A stretch of 64,000 bases of DNA from Kudoa neothunni. Lineage: Eukaryota > Animalia > Cnidaria. The stretch covers positions 16,475,469 through 16,539,468 of the forward strand of contig OZ199838.1 in assembly GCA_964304625.1 (NCBI GenBank). The letters run 5' to 3'. The position numbers were made by a program, and so were the translations under genes. Below, piece by piece: positions 1-11,581 of the stretch; position 1 is the first letter of the stretch, and the number at the start of each line of letters is the position of its first letter. The notes beneath the pieces are model-generated. The model saw only the letters and a program-made list of their open reading frames with translations, was not told the origin of the DNA and did not search any database.

Positions 1-199
1 TAATCTTTGACGTAAAAATAATCTTCATGAAGCATCATGTCGGTATTTTTGGTAGTCTTAAGCATAATAATATCTTTATTTGAATTTCCACTCATCCTGG
101 GTCCCTTAGCTGGTCTTGCGCAGTTAATATGCGTTTAAAATTAGGTTTTATTCACGTCTGCGCATGCAATCTTTCTCCACCGGCAAAAATTCTCCATAC

Positions 200-452
200 C
201 ATTATTATCTAACCATTTTTTAATATATTAAACATGGAAGTTGACATGAAATTATTTTATGGGGTAAATATAATTGTAATTTTTACGATAAATAATAACT
301 GACGTACCGCTTTAAAAGTCAATTAAAAAAATATTATGTGTCGTTAACAGCTATTATTATTTGTTTGAAATGACTAATATAAGAGTAAAAGCACATATAG
401 AGATAATGCTTTAATCCTCCGCGCATGCACCGATGGAGTGCAAATAGACACT
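200..452. mobile_element. Right end of an unclassified TIR DNA transposon
   Basis: ~345-451 (..TTTAATCCTCCGCGCATGCACCGATGGAGTGCAAATAGACACTA) is the reverse complement of 28243-28258 joined to 29142-29240. 203-330 matches 30355-30487 in the same orientation. Confidence 0.55.
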
Positions 453-929
453 ATCTTAATTTCCTCTGTATTTCCTTATTTTAAAAAATTTTATCTTATA
501 AATTTAATATCAGAAGTGGGTTTTCATAATTATATAGTTAAGTGAAACGAACTAAAATCCTAAGATTTTTAAATTACATTATTAATTCTCTTTAAAAATC
601 ATTAAAGTTAAAAGTTTTTCAGAGGAACTGCTGATATCCTTCTAGTGGCAAGCTTATAATAGTAAATCCTAAAGCAAGATATGTTATTTTTGGATTAAGA
701 CTCGGTAATTCGCGGTAAAATTCTATGATATTCTAAGAATCATCGTTTACTCAATTAAACCTTACATGTTAAATATCTAAATCTTCAAATATAAGAGAAA
801 AATATATTTTATCTAAAATCGAAACATACTTTTGCCTGTAAAGGCACAAAAATCATTAATGTTGACCGATATTAATTTTTTTTAAATGTAATATTTTTAC
901 ACCAATCCAAATGCTTTAAATTTTTAGAG

Positions 930-2360
930 GAATACAAAAATTTATGGATGCTTTGAATCTGTCTATCCAAAACTAGGTTCAAATTAGACGGAGTTGAGGT
1001 CCAATCGGACTCCATTCCGGGCAGGGAGGGTTAATGCCATCCATACGAACTGTTCCATCCTCATTAACTGATGATATTCCATTTCTTGGAGATACTAGAT
1101 ATTTTATTGCATCCCAAATGCTCTCAATTGTGTTCGTGTGAGCTCCCGAAATACTATCCACATATTCTATATTGTGGTTAACAATGAGGTGAGTGTAGAA
1201 ATTATGAAGTGTGGCGTAGCTTTTGAAACAATCAGTGATGATAATGGAGCCTGGTTTAACATAATATTTTTATTAGAGTTTTAGTTTTTTTTTACAAGAT
1301 CAAACCCCTGGCGCAACTTGTTAGGTTGTGAAGGTGGGACTGGTTAGGCCTTCTCCATTTACGCTTTAGGTAACGCAGCGTCATATTAAAGCGATTTACG
1401 TTTATGCGGTAGTGTGGGATTTAACCCACAAAACATCCTCGATTCGGAGCAACCACCATCTCGACCATACCTTGGACTAACCCAGAATTAGTCTGGGAAG
1501 GTCGTCTGAATGCGGGCGTCGACCCTACTGAAATCCCCTACTGGGTTGTATTTCGTTCCTGTACGTACCCCGGCATTTATGAACGCCCGAAATCTACCCT
1601 TCCACCAGGCTCCCCTCCCAGCTGCAAGTAAAGTCACGATAAATCGTAGATCCTTGCGATTACTATAGCCTTCCTACTTCATTTTGGATTAGGAACACAG
1701 GAACGCCTGAATTAGGCCTTGAACTCACAACCTCAAGGTATACGATCTCGACCTAACACCACTATGCCATATTGTCCATTAGAGTTTCAGTAATTCTATC
1801 GGGGACCTCCACTAAAAACATTCTTCTTTGGGGCGTCCTTCCCACATCCCCAAGAACCCATGCCCCATTAAAACCATGGCCTTTGTTATCTTTATTTTAC
1901 CAAACTTCGACTCATCAATTTCTACGACTGTGTTTTCTTCTCTAATTATGATGTCCTCGAATACCAAACTGTCGGCCATCATTTATCTGAGGCAGTGCGA
2001 GTAGTTTGTGATCGTTTGAGAAGAGTGAATAGTTATAGTGATCAAGTTAGGGGTTTTTACAACCACTAACCAATAATAAGCCAACTAAATAAAATCGTCA
2101 ACTTTAAGTTTCATATTTTTGACGATCGTATAATAAAAAATGGAGACTTCTTCCCTACGTCTTTGAGAAGCATCGCCAATTTTTTCCACGGATCGAAAAT
2201 CGTGGTCCTCCGCACTTGATACAGTTAGAAGGTGCATTGAAGATATCGTTCTCGATTAGATAAATGATAGAGCTGTATTCGTTGCAAAATATGTTATCAA
2301 ATGACTTCCTCGGTACAATCATTTAGATAGAGGTAACAATTAACTTTCGGCAAATCATTA
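930..2360 (-). pseudogene. Decayed Merlin/IS1595 (ISXO2-like) DDE transposase, split by a SINE
   Basis: Minus-strand fragments EIDESKFG..KGHG..GAWVLG (~1930-1850), IITDCFKSYATL..YTHLIVNH (~1245-1175) and SGAHTNTIESIWDAIK (ORF 979-1161) match IS1595-family motifs. Frameshifts and stops are present. Confidence 0.75.
1282..1777 (-). mobile_element. tRNA-derived SINE with A-rich tail and 10-bp TSD
   Basis: ATTAGAGTTT is duplicated at 1272-1281 and 1778-1787. The minus strand begins GGACAATA-TGGCATAGTGG (A box, 1769-1759) followed by GAGTTCAAGGC (B box, 1726-1716). The T-run at ~1285-1293 is the A tail, and the body is GC-richer than the flanks. Confidence 0.8.
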
Positions 2361-2419
2361 AATACTGGAAGTTGTTATGTTAATTCCTATAATGCAGTAA
2401 TATTATAGAGGGCAGCATG

Positions 2420-4259
2420 TCTTAAGCCGACTTTTTCTCACTTCCTAAAAGGCCGAAAGATTAACGGGGGGAGGTTGAATCAAATATGATCCCAATTCCT
2501 TATTCTGTAACAAGAGATAAAAGTCTCCACATTATCAACATCACCCATATCCTTGTTGTACATATGAAATTTGGGCTGTTCGGTCGTCATATTGCGCTTT
2601 TTGCCCTACAATAACATGTTACATGTATAATTGATTTAACAATAAGTGAAATGTTAAGAAAAGTAACAGGCTCCGTATCATTCCGTTAAATACAACTAAC
2701 ATCAATTCTGCAATCTAAGAAATATTTATGGTAATCTTGGTAGTTTTCCCTCATTAATGTCGGAATTGTCATTGGATAGCTTGACGTTCGGTTCATTCTT
2801 ACTGACCGGGTAGCATTAATATTTCTGTTCAATTCAACCAATAATTTGTGTGAGTTGAAAAAATGATCAAGGTAGGCATGACATATACCTCTATCCTTTG
2901 GCTCATCGACAAAATTTAGCATGACACTTCCACCTTGGCTAAGATTCTTGATGTATATTTCTATCTTATCTGTATATACATTGAAAATAAAAATATTTCC
3001 ATCAGAAGATGCTAAACCTCAATGTTTGAGACAGAAACGATCGGGATTATCCTTCATATACATTTTTCACGAATCATGACCAATATATGGGAGTATTCGA
3101 TCATCAATAGATAAGTTGTTGTGAAAATATCTAAATTTATTGAAATCTTAGTCAATCTTCCAATTATTGATTTCGTCTCGGACAGCTTATTATCCTTATC
3201 AAGCTTAAAATTATTATTAAAGCAAATGTACCTTTTCATCAATTATAATAATTTTTACTCCATAGATTTTTTTACAATTTCAACACCAGAATCCATCGAA
3301 GTTTCTCCATACAAATGCTGCTGAGATAATCAGTTGTATCTGGATAATAGTAAAATACCGATAAAAGATTTAAATTCTTTTATGGTTAAATGAAAAGTTT
3401 CATTATTTTTGTTGGTATAAATATTTGTTTCTTTAACAACATTCAGCATAAGATTATCAACTAAAATTTTGTTTACAATACTTCATAAAATTCATACCTA
3501 CTTGTTGAGGCACCATACATAATATCACGTTTATTTCGACTAACTGTTTGGCAATTAAAAATGAACTTTTAGACTGGGATATTTTAAACTATGTGGCACG
3601 ATAATTATCATTAATGGTTAATTTTTAATGTACGACAACGTCTCTACTTCAACGCATGCTTCTGGATGGTTACGATGTCAATGTTTTCATCATCTCTTGA
3701 AAAAAGGGTCATCTCCATCAGTCAAAATACCAATATTATCTTAAACCTCGAGGTAAAGTCAAAAACTCAATTATGTTTAAAATATCAACATTATTTTTTA
3801 TCATATTCATCAGAATCAATTATGTTTTCGTATGCCGTTGTGAAGGTGTACGCACTAGGTCAAATAACCGATTAATTGGAATTTAGCACGTCAATGGGTT
3901 TTCGTTTCCTTTTCGGCACTGTACTATATTGCTTATATTTCTTGACCCCTGTAACGGTTTGACCTATTTTGAAAAAATATTATTTATCTTACTTTGTTAA
4001 ATTATAATTCAGATTGAGAATTTTTAATTTCTTATTTCTAAGAAATTACTGTTCTATTACTACCTCAGTATACCATAATTACTATATAATACACAATCTC
4101 AGAGATATAAATTCATAATTGTAATTTAATTTTTAATTAAATTTAAAATGAATTGATACATTATAAATTACGATATAATACTCATTGACGAATTATTAAA
4201 GTTCTTAAAGATGCAACAATGAGGGATCGAAAAAGGAACGAAAACCCGGAATGGGTTAA
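2420..4259 (-). mobile_element. Decayed piggyBac (PGBD-like) transposon
   Basis: Minus-strand fragments KSFIGILLLS, RYICFNNN..DKDNKLS, YLDHFFNSHKLL, NAT.SVRMNR and MGDVDNVE. It ends GGG-TTAA at 4253-4259, with an internal inverted repeat (3896-3915 vs 4228-4248). Confidence 0.7.
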
Positions 4260-4523
4260 TGTAAAAGGCACACCATAAACTTTCCTGGGATAAGAGTACG
4301 CGGATAGTGCTGGCCAAAGAATTGTCGCGAAACTGGGAATTGACCTAGAAAATAGTGGAAAAAGAAATCAAATATCAAAATTACATTATTTGTTGATTTT
4401 TGTAATATTATAAAATCATTAAAATAACATTTAATTATACTGAATAGAAATTATGTGCCAATATAACTTATTTTAGTTATATAAGAAAATTTCTAGAGTC
4501 ACCAAGTATCAACGAATTCGATT

Positions 4524-6125
4524 GATAGTGGCTATTTTCATGGGAATGAATAATTCCTCCGTTATAGACGATATTTCAAATCTGATTTCATATTTAAATT
4601 TAGCTATTTTTAATCTAATTTTTTATGTAAACATTGTTTGAAAATTTAAATAATAAAAGTTCAACATTTTGTCTGCCCTATTTACACACCGTTCAATAAG
4701 TATATTCACATTTTTGAGTTTAATATTATGTAATATAAACATTATAGTTGAAATGAAATGTAAACATATCTAATGATGGTTAGAAATCTCTAGTTTAATA
4801 CGTCTCAACGCGCGTAGTTTAACTTAGAATAAGTCATTTCCAATCATTTACGAAACATGTACGTTTCTTTCTGAACATTTTTTAATATAAATTTAACAAA
4901 ATTGTCGTTAATACATGGATATTCATTGGATTCGAAATATTTTACATCGATGTAAACCACTTTTCATATATATCTATAAGATTATACCATAATTTCGGGG
5001 AATTTTCGTTGTTTTGTCCCTACAAATGTATTTAATTTAATCAAAAGTATGAGAATGGTTCCTATTCATGAATACAGAAGCTATAAATGCAGGAACCTAT
5101 GGGTTTAAATTTAAGAGTAAACCTATACTTCTTGATTTAAACTAATTTATCAATTTTTAACAAGCAGGGTGATTCTAAATTTTCTGCATTAACTCCTCTG
5201 GTATCGTCTCGATGGGTAAATTTATAAAATGTAAATTTTTAATGGTGATTTTTGGGGGTAAATTTGTTTGATTTTTGTAAAGCGATCCAACGAAAAAATG
5301 TAGTAAGTATTATAATAAACAATGTTGGAGTTAATATAACGGTTAATTCGTCCTTGAGCATTTTGAATTGTTCCGAAAAATTTCATTTGAGGATTGTAAA
5401 CATTTGTTTCCTGATACTGAGGGATGTGTAATTTTTATAGTTCAGAAAAATCAATTTTCACTCCAATGAAGAATTGATCAACTTATCCACCCGCCATGGT
5501 TGTTTAGCTGTCCGCCCCAAAAATTTCTCAAAAATAACCACATTTTAAATTTTAACAGTACAATAATATTTTTTAATAAAAGGTATAAGTTTGAGCAAAT
5601 AAATTTAAAAGCGCTTCATAGGAAGCAAGAATGACACCACTTTTCAAACTAATTCCATGCAATTGGTATTTTATATCTTACACAAGATTAAATTTCTCTT
5701 CTCCAACTGAATATAATATATAAACTTGTTCTACAGATTTCAGTTATTTCAAAGTTCTTTAATATTTAGAAATAATCTCACGAAAAAGAACGCCCCACAA
5801 CCAAATAGGATTAACGCGCATATTCGGACGTGGTGGGTGACACAAGAATGCACGAACAGAGAAGTTCATATTTATTAGAATACGTTTTTACTTTTAATTT
5901 AAACTAAAAAGTTCATATTACACAATATTAAGCTAAAAAACGTGGGTGTACTTAATGAACAGTGTAAATAGAGCAAACAAAATGTTGAATTTTTATTCTT
6001 TAAATTTTCAAACAATCATCGTATAAAAAATTAGATTAAAAATAGCTAAATTCAAATATGAAATCAGATTTAAAATATCGTCTATAACGGAGGAATCATT
6101 CATTTCCACGAAAATAGCTACTGTC
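4524..6125. mobile_element. Non-autonomous Mutator/MULE-like element, long TIRs, 9-bp TSD
   Basis: Imperfect TIRs of at least ~180 bp (GATAGTGGCTATTTTC.. / ..GAAAATAGCTACTGTC), flanked by AATTCGATT (4515-4523) and AATTCAATA (6126-6134). The paralogous empty site has a single AATTCAATT at 15213-15221. Confidence 0.85.
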
Positions 6126-6329
6126 AATTCAATAACAAAACAAGTTACCTTAAATGCTTTCGAAAATGTTAACAACCATCAACTTAAATTGATAACTCGT
6201 TATTTTTAATTCTTATGATAAAAAATATTAATTATCTCTGTACGTGTATGCTAGGAAAAATTAATTTAAAAATATAAAATTTGCAATTTTTTAATCATAT
6301 GAATATGTCTAAAATTGTATTTATTGACG

Positions 6330-6415
6330 TATCCAATCCTATTACTAAGTTCATATGAATGATAATAATTGATTCAAATATGTAGTATAATCTGATTTAC
6401 ACTCTGTACCACAAA
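6330..6415 (+). promoter_or_regulatory. Conserved proximal upstream block of the surface-protein family
   Basis: All five copies carry AATCCTAT, then TCATATGAAT (65-66 nt before the ATG), then an invariant TAATCTGATTT ending 17 nt before the ATG. Confidence 0.55.
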
Positions 6416-9356
6416 ATGAAATCTCAATTAGTCTCGGTTAGTTTGCTAATTGCATTTTCATGTAATTTAATTACATTATTTACATTATTAATTTCTTGAA
6501 GATATTAATATAAATACCGCTGCTGAAGAGAAAACAGCAGTCCAAACTTCTACAAAAATACTTTCGTACGACATTGTAGACGGCAAAGTTCAATTAGTTT
6601 TGACTGGGTCAGATTATGTTACAAGTACGAAAAAATGCCTCATAAAAAAGGAGAACGATGATGGAAATGGATTTGGTCAGATGAGTACTTGTGCAAGCAG
6701 CACTGAAACAGGCAAATGTGTACGTGCTTGTAAAGGAGATGACAACAAAATTGAGTTTAATGTGCTTTCACCCAGAACGAAATTTATTTATGTCTTTTCT
6801 GGGATGGAACCCGAGTCAGTAAAAGGAAAAGATAAAGGAGGGGATGTTTTTGGACTTGCTATTCGTAATTTAAATAAAATTATTCTTTTTTAATTGAAAA
6901 TAGCGCTTTTGGTGAATCCATCAATAACAGTGTCCATAGATACTAATACGAAAAAATTAAAATTGGCAGCCAAGACATGTGAAAGAGTTGACTGTCCCAT
7001 TTTTTATAAAGGTATTCAATATGTGGCCGGTACAGTAGGAGCAAACTGCGATTCTGATAATAGCAACAACCAAGTTGATTTTGACCTTATGATTCCTCAT
7101 TATGAGATGATATGCACGAATTACCCCAGCTTCTTCTATCAAATGCCAAATTCGTATATGAAAGAAAATATTGACATATACAAACCACAATACTACGTTA
7201 CCTACAAGAAAGGTGACACTGATAAGAAAAATTATATCTTAAAATTCACCAACTCATTTCCTTCCGAAATATGTTTATTCAGTATTAAGGATGCTTCAAG
7301 TGCTTCTGAAGGGCCTACGAAGATATACACATCAATGTGCGGAGGAGGAACTGATAAAAATTGTTTTGCACCTTGCGATACTGTTGAATTAACACTAGCT
7401 GAGTCTAAACCAATCGTCGAAATATTAATTCAGACTAGATATCACGATTTAAAAGAAAGCAATGGGAAAATTGAGGGTTATGCAGGAAAAAAATATGGTA
7501 TGATTTTTATTGACAAAATTAAGATATTCATTTATTATAGTTATCGAAGAGCCTGCCGCTCCGAATACACTTTTTAGTGCACAAACAGATGTAGGGATTA
7601 CGCTTAGCCCTTCTACATACAAATCAGGCACCAGTTCAGTAAAGTTTAGTTCGTGCGCTTTGAAGTATTTCCCTGCAGATAAAATCAGGAAAGTCGAAGG
7701 AGTAATTCCAAATTGCCAAACCAGTGGGGCTTGCGGAGAAGATTGTTCAACACCTTCTGTTATAGTGGGGCTGACTGCAGGGAAAGCATACATGATTGAG
7801 ATCACTCCAGAAAGCATAAATAATCATGAAAATTTTAAAGAATACCTGTTTTTCAGAACAAGTAAGGAATATATTCATAACACTCATTAAATTATTTTTA
7901 GAAGAATCTGGTACATTAAACTTCGCCGACACAGCACCCACACCAACCGACGTGACTGCTGCAATTAAAGCGGTTGCTGGTGACGTTGGATCAGCAACAA
8001 CTGAACCGACCTGTTCCTATTACGTCAGTATAAAAGATAAAAACACGTTCGTAGAAGCAGAATGTGAAGACAGCAATCCATGTAGAGGATTTTGTAAAGA
8101 CACCAAGAAGTTGATAAATCTAAACCCTAAAACAAACTACGATATTAAAGTTATTTCACACAAAGACTATGGAATCAAAATATTTAAAAATATTCCAACT
8201 AGTAAAAAAATTTGAATATAACCTAATATAAATTATATTTGTTAGCTTGGTCAACCATGACTCTTTCCCATAAATTCCTGGATAAAGGGTTTAAAGTGGT
8301 TGGAACTTTGACATCCGTTTATCCACAAGCAACATGTCACTATAAAATAAGAGAAAAAGACGGAGAGACTCTAAAAGATGTTTATTCCTGTCCAGAAGTT
8401 GTTCCTCCGTCGCCGCCGGTCGGTCCAGTCACTGAAGATATTGCTGCTCCTCCTACACCTACTCAAACTCAGGAAACGACAGAATCTAGGCTGGTCAACG
8501 TTTCAAATTTGTCTGGAATAAAAATAGCAAGATCTGGCAATGTAGAAGCAACTGATGCCACACCCACTGAACCCACTACTACTCAGTCTAGGTTTCCACC
8601 TTGCAATATACCGCCACTTTGCAGAAATATAGTAATTAGTGATGGTTATGAGGCTAATAAAGAATACCAAGTATTGGTGACGGCTGTAGGCCGATCAGAG
8701 GAAGTTACAATCAATATTCCTAAAAGTTCTATAACAAAATTAATATAGAAATTTTCTAAATTGTCATATAAATATAGATTCACTCCCAGAACTATCTCAG
8801 GATACAAACAAACAAATTACGGTAGTTATCGAGAGAGTAGGAGATACGTTAAAAATCACGTCATTGCTTCCAAAAGAAAAGGATGATAATTCAGTATGTC
8901 GATGGATACTGAGAGACATCACTGATGTTTCCCAACGAATAGTGAAAAAATGTGATTCCAGTAGAAGTAAAGTTTGCAAACTTCCAACTTGCAGATCATT
9001 CACTATTGAGGATGTAAGTGATACCAATGATTATCATTTAACACTTATTCACTCTCGAGATCCCAATGTTAAAGGTGTTGGAATAATAAAACGAGGTAAC
9101 TATTAATTAATAATAATATCAATTATTATTATTATTATAATTAATAATTTAGGAGAGACCTCCAATCAATCCAGGTACAATTTATATTTTAATGTTTAAT
9201 GTATTACATTTTTAGGGCGAGCACCTCAATGTATTAAATTTTGGGTTAATATGTTGGGATAAGTTTTCATTTAGGATTGTTGGAATCATTGTTCCAGTCG
9301 CTATTGTTATTATAGGAGTTGGATTTTACTTTGGCTATATGAAGAATAGAGGATAA
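6416..9356 (+). CDS. Cys-rich FN3-like multi-module type I membrane protein, copy 1 (846 aa, 10 exons)
   Basis: Exons 6416-6461, 6502-6864, 6904-7497, 7541-7861, 7902-8201, 8246-8725, 8778-9095, 9153-9174, 9216-9230 and 9275-9356 sum to 2541 nt (847 codons), with all introns GT-AG. N-terminus MKSQLVSVSLLIAFSY is signal-like; C-terminus is IVGIIVPVAIVIIGVGFYFGYM-KNRG*. Confidence 0.88.
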
Positions 9357-9525
9357 TTTCGATTAACTCAATTAAGCATTTGGAACAAATTAAATTATTT
9401 TTTATTAATTTATAATATCATAATTAAATATATTATGAATATTTCTCAAATTATTTACTATAAATTATTCATTTTATTTGAAATATTGTTAGTATAATAT
9501 TCGAAATTGATTGAATTTACTTAAA

Positions 9526-9700
9526 GGTAGTGGCTATATCTCAGGTACCTGATAATCAGACCGCGCTTAGGCCATACCTCAGGGAATGAATATCTCTTAA
9601 TACATTTCACATATTTTATTCATATTTTGCATATTATCTAATATTTACCTAATTTATTTTTCCGTATGTTTTGGAAGATATGGAAGAATAAGAAATTTTT
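9526..9700. mobile_element. Solo TIR of the MULE-like family at 19151 and 38591
   Basis: GGTAGTGGCTATATCTCAGGTACCTGATAATC..GGAATGAATATCTC matches the left TIR at 19151 and 38591. No partner TIR was found nearby. Confidence 0.65.
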
Positions 9701-11581
9701 GGTAAGGCTGAAATTTGGTCTAAATCCCCCAATCCCCAATAAAATACTGTTTATATTAATTATAAAAACAAATTTTATACAAAACGAAACAAAGAGGCTA
9801 ATAAGAGTTGTTTGATTGTAGATTGATTTTTAGATATTGTACGAAACCTCTCCATAAGTCATGTTGATTATTTCTTCTCCATTAGAATTCAACAAGAAAT
9901 TCATTAGCCTTCCCTGTATTGTGTGGAAAAAAACGCGTGTTCCGATGGGGTCCGGACGAACCCCAGAAAAAACTATCTTAATGACCTTTAGTTTCTTTTT
10001 GTCATGATTTAAACAATTTTCAACTATGTATAAGGTGTTCTGCATAGGAAATTAAATTAATTATGAAGCGTTAGTAGGTTACAAAACAGGGTCCCGTAAT
10101 CTACCAATATCGTCTATTTAAAACTAAGGAAGAATTTAATGATACAAAAATTAAAAATGGATATATTTCATCTGAAAATAAAGTAGTTTGGAAAATGAAA
10201 ATCAATTTAACAATGAAAGGATCAAATTGAATAAGGGTGTCTTGGATCTAATGAGTAGTTTAGCGGAATTTTTAAAGTATATGTAAAAAGTAACGTTCGA
10301 ATTAACTTTGGAAATTTGATTTATACATTCTTTTTTGCCAGACATAATTTGATACAGTAGCGCAGGTTTATTACGTTGCATGATTATTGCGTATTTTTAG
10401 AAATAGTGTCGAAAATTCAAAATATACAAAATAACTACAGATATAAATCGTGAGATAAGAGTAAAATATACGGATAGATTTAATTATAAAATTAAGAAAT
10501 AATTTTTTCATTGGGAAAAATAGGAGTGCATGCTTATCGCATTATTGCGTACCTGAAATCTGTTGTTCGATTACATTGGCATGGTTAGTACGCATTAGGA
10601 AAATAGTAGAAATTATCGTTTACTTAAAGAAAACGTTTAGATAATTAAATAATTGGAAAAATTAGGAACTAAGAGTGGCTCTAAAGCGAACATTGCTAGG
10701 CGCTACCGCCTTAAATCAGTCACCACAATGAATACAATTGTATCAATAAAATCAAAAATATTCGCAGACTTTGTTTCAAGTGATTTAAAATTTTATCGAA
10801 AAAATCAGAAAATAAATTCAAACTACTCGATATAAGAATGAATGGATCGAACTTTCGAGAGCGAGAAATATAAAGCTGGCCAGAGAGTAAAATATAATAG
10901 GAAAATAAATTAGCCGATGACATAAAGGACGACACGAAAGACAACACTCCTATAACGGTCGGTCAAAGACAGTTCCATGAATTTGCTTCGAAAGTTAGTC
11001 TAAAGACGAACAAATTAAACAGAAAATCTAAAAGAAATAATGAAATTATTTAAGATCCATCACATTACAAAGTTAAATTTTTTCTTTTCTAAAATACAAT
11101 AAACTTCGTTTAAACAAGAGAAATAACAAATTTCTTGCTGATAAAATAATTGCCTTAAACTACCTTATTTATTAACAAAATACTCTGTCAACGATGAAAA
11201 AATTTTTACGAAAATTTTTCACATCTCTCTATTAAAGTTATTATTAGTGCAATGAGAGAATAAATAAAAAAAGCATAAAAGTGGCCGCGCATCCACCAAA
11301 TTTCTCCTACACACGCACACGCCAAAAGCATGGATAGTAAATAATGCAGGGTTGTTACGCACTCGAGTTTTTTCCCCAAAAAAGTACGTAATATCCCTGC
11401 ACAACTGTATTTGAAAACGCTAGATATTTCGCCTTTGTTCTGTGATATAATCTTAACTTTCTCTGTATTTCTCTGTTTTAAAAAATTTTATCTTATAAAT
11501 TTAATAATATCAGAAATGGGTTTTCATAATTCTAAAATTAAGTGAAACGACCTAAAATCATAAGATTTTTAAATGACATTA

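Noticed and set aside
1700-1777. tRNA gene
   Set aside because: A and B boxes are present but there is no convincing cloverleaf, and it heads a TSD-flanked, A-tailed element, so it is a SINE head.
6957-7190. Antisense ORF recurring in all five copies (and similar ones opposite exons 4 and 7)
   Set aside because: These are shadows of the conserved sense exons, with inconsistent starts and lengths and no independent coding signal.
6600-9106. Chain of abutting or overlapping ORFs suggesting a prokaryotic operon or programmed frameshifting
   Set aside because: Every frame change coincides with a 39-57-nt AT-rich GT-AG intron, splicing gives one 846-aa ORF, and BTF3 shows the same intron style.
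9700-11450. Short ORFs (9830-10045, 10653-10947, 11219-11404)
   Set aside because: No motifs, splice pattern or paralogy; probably the interior of a decayed element.
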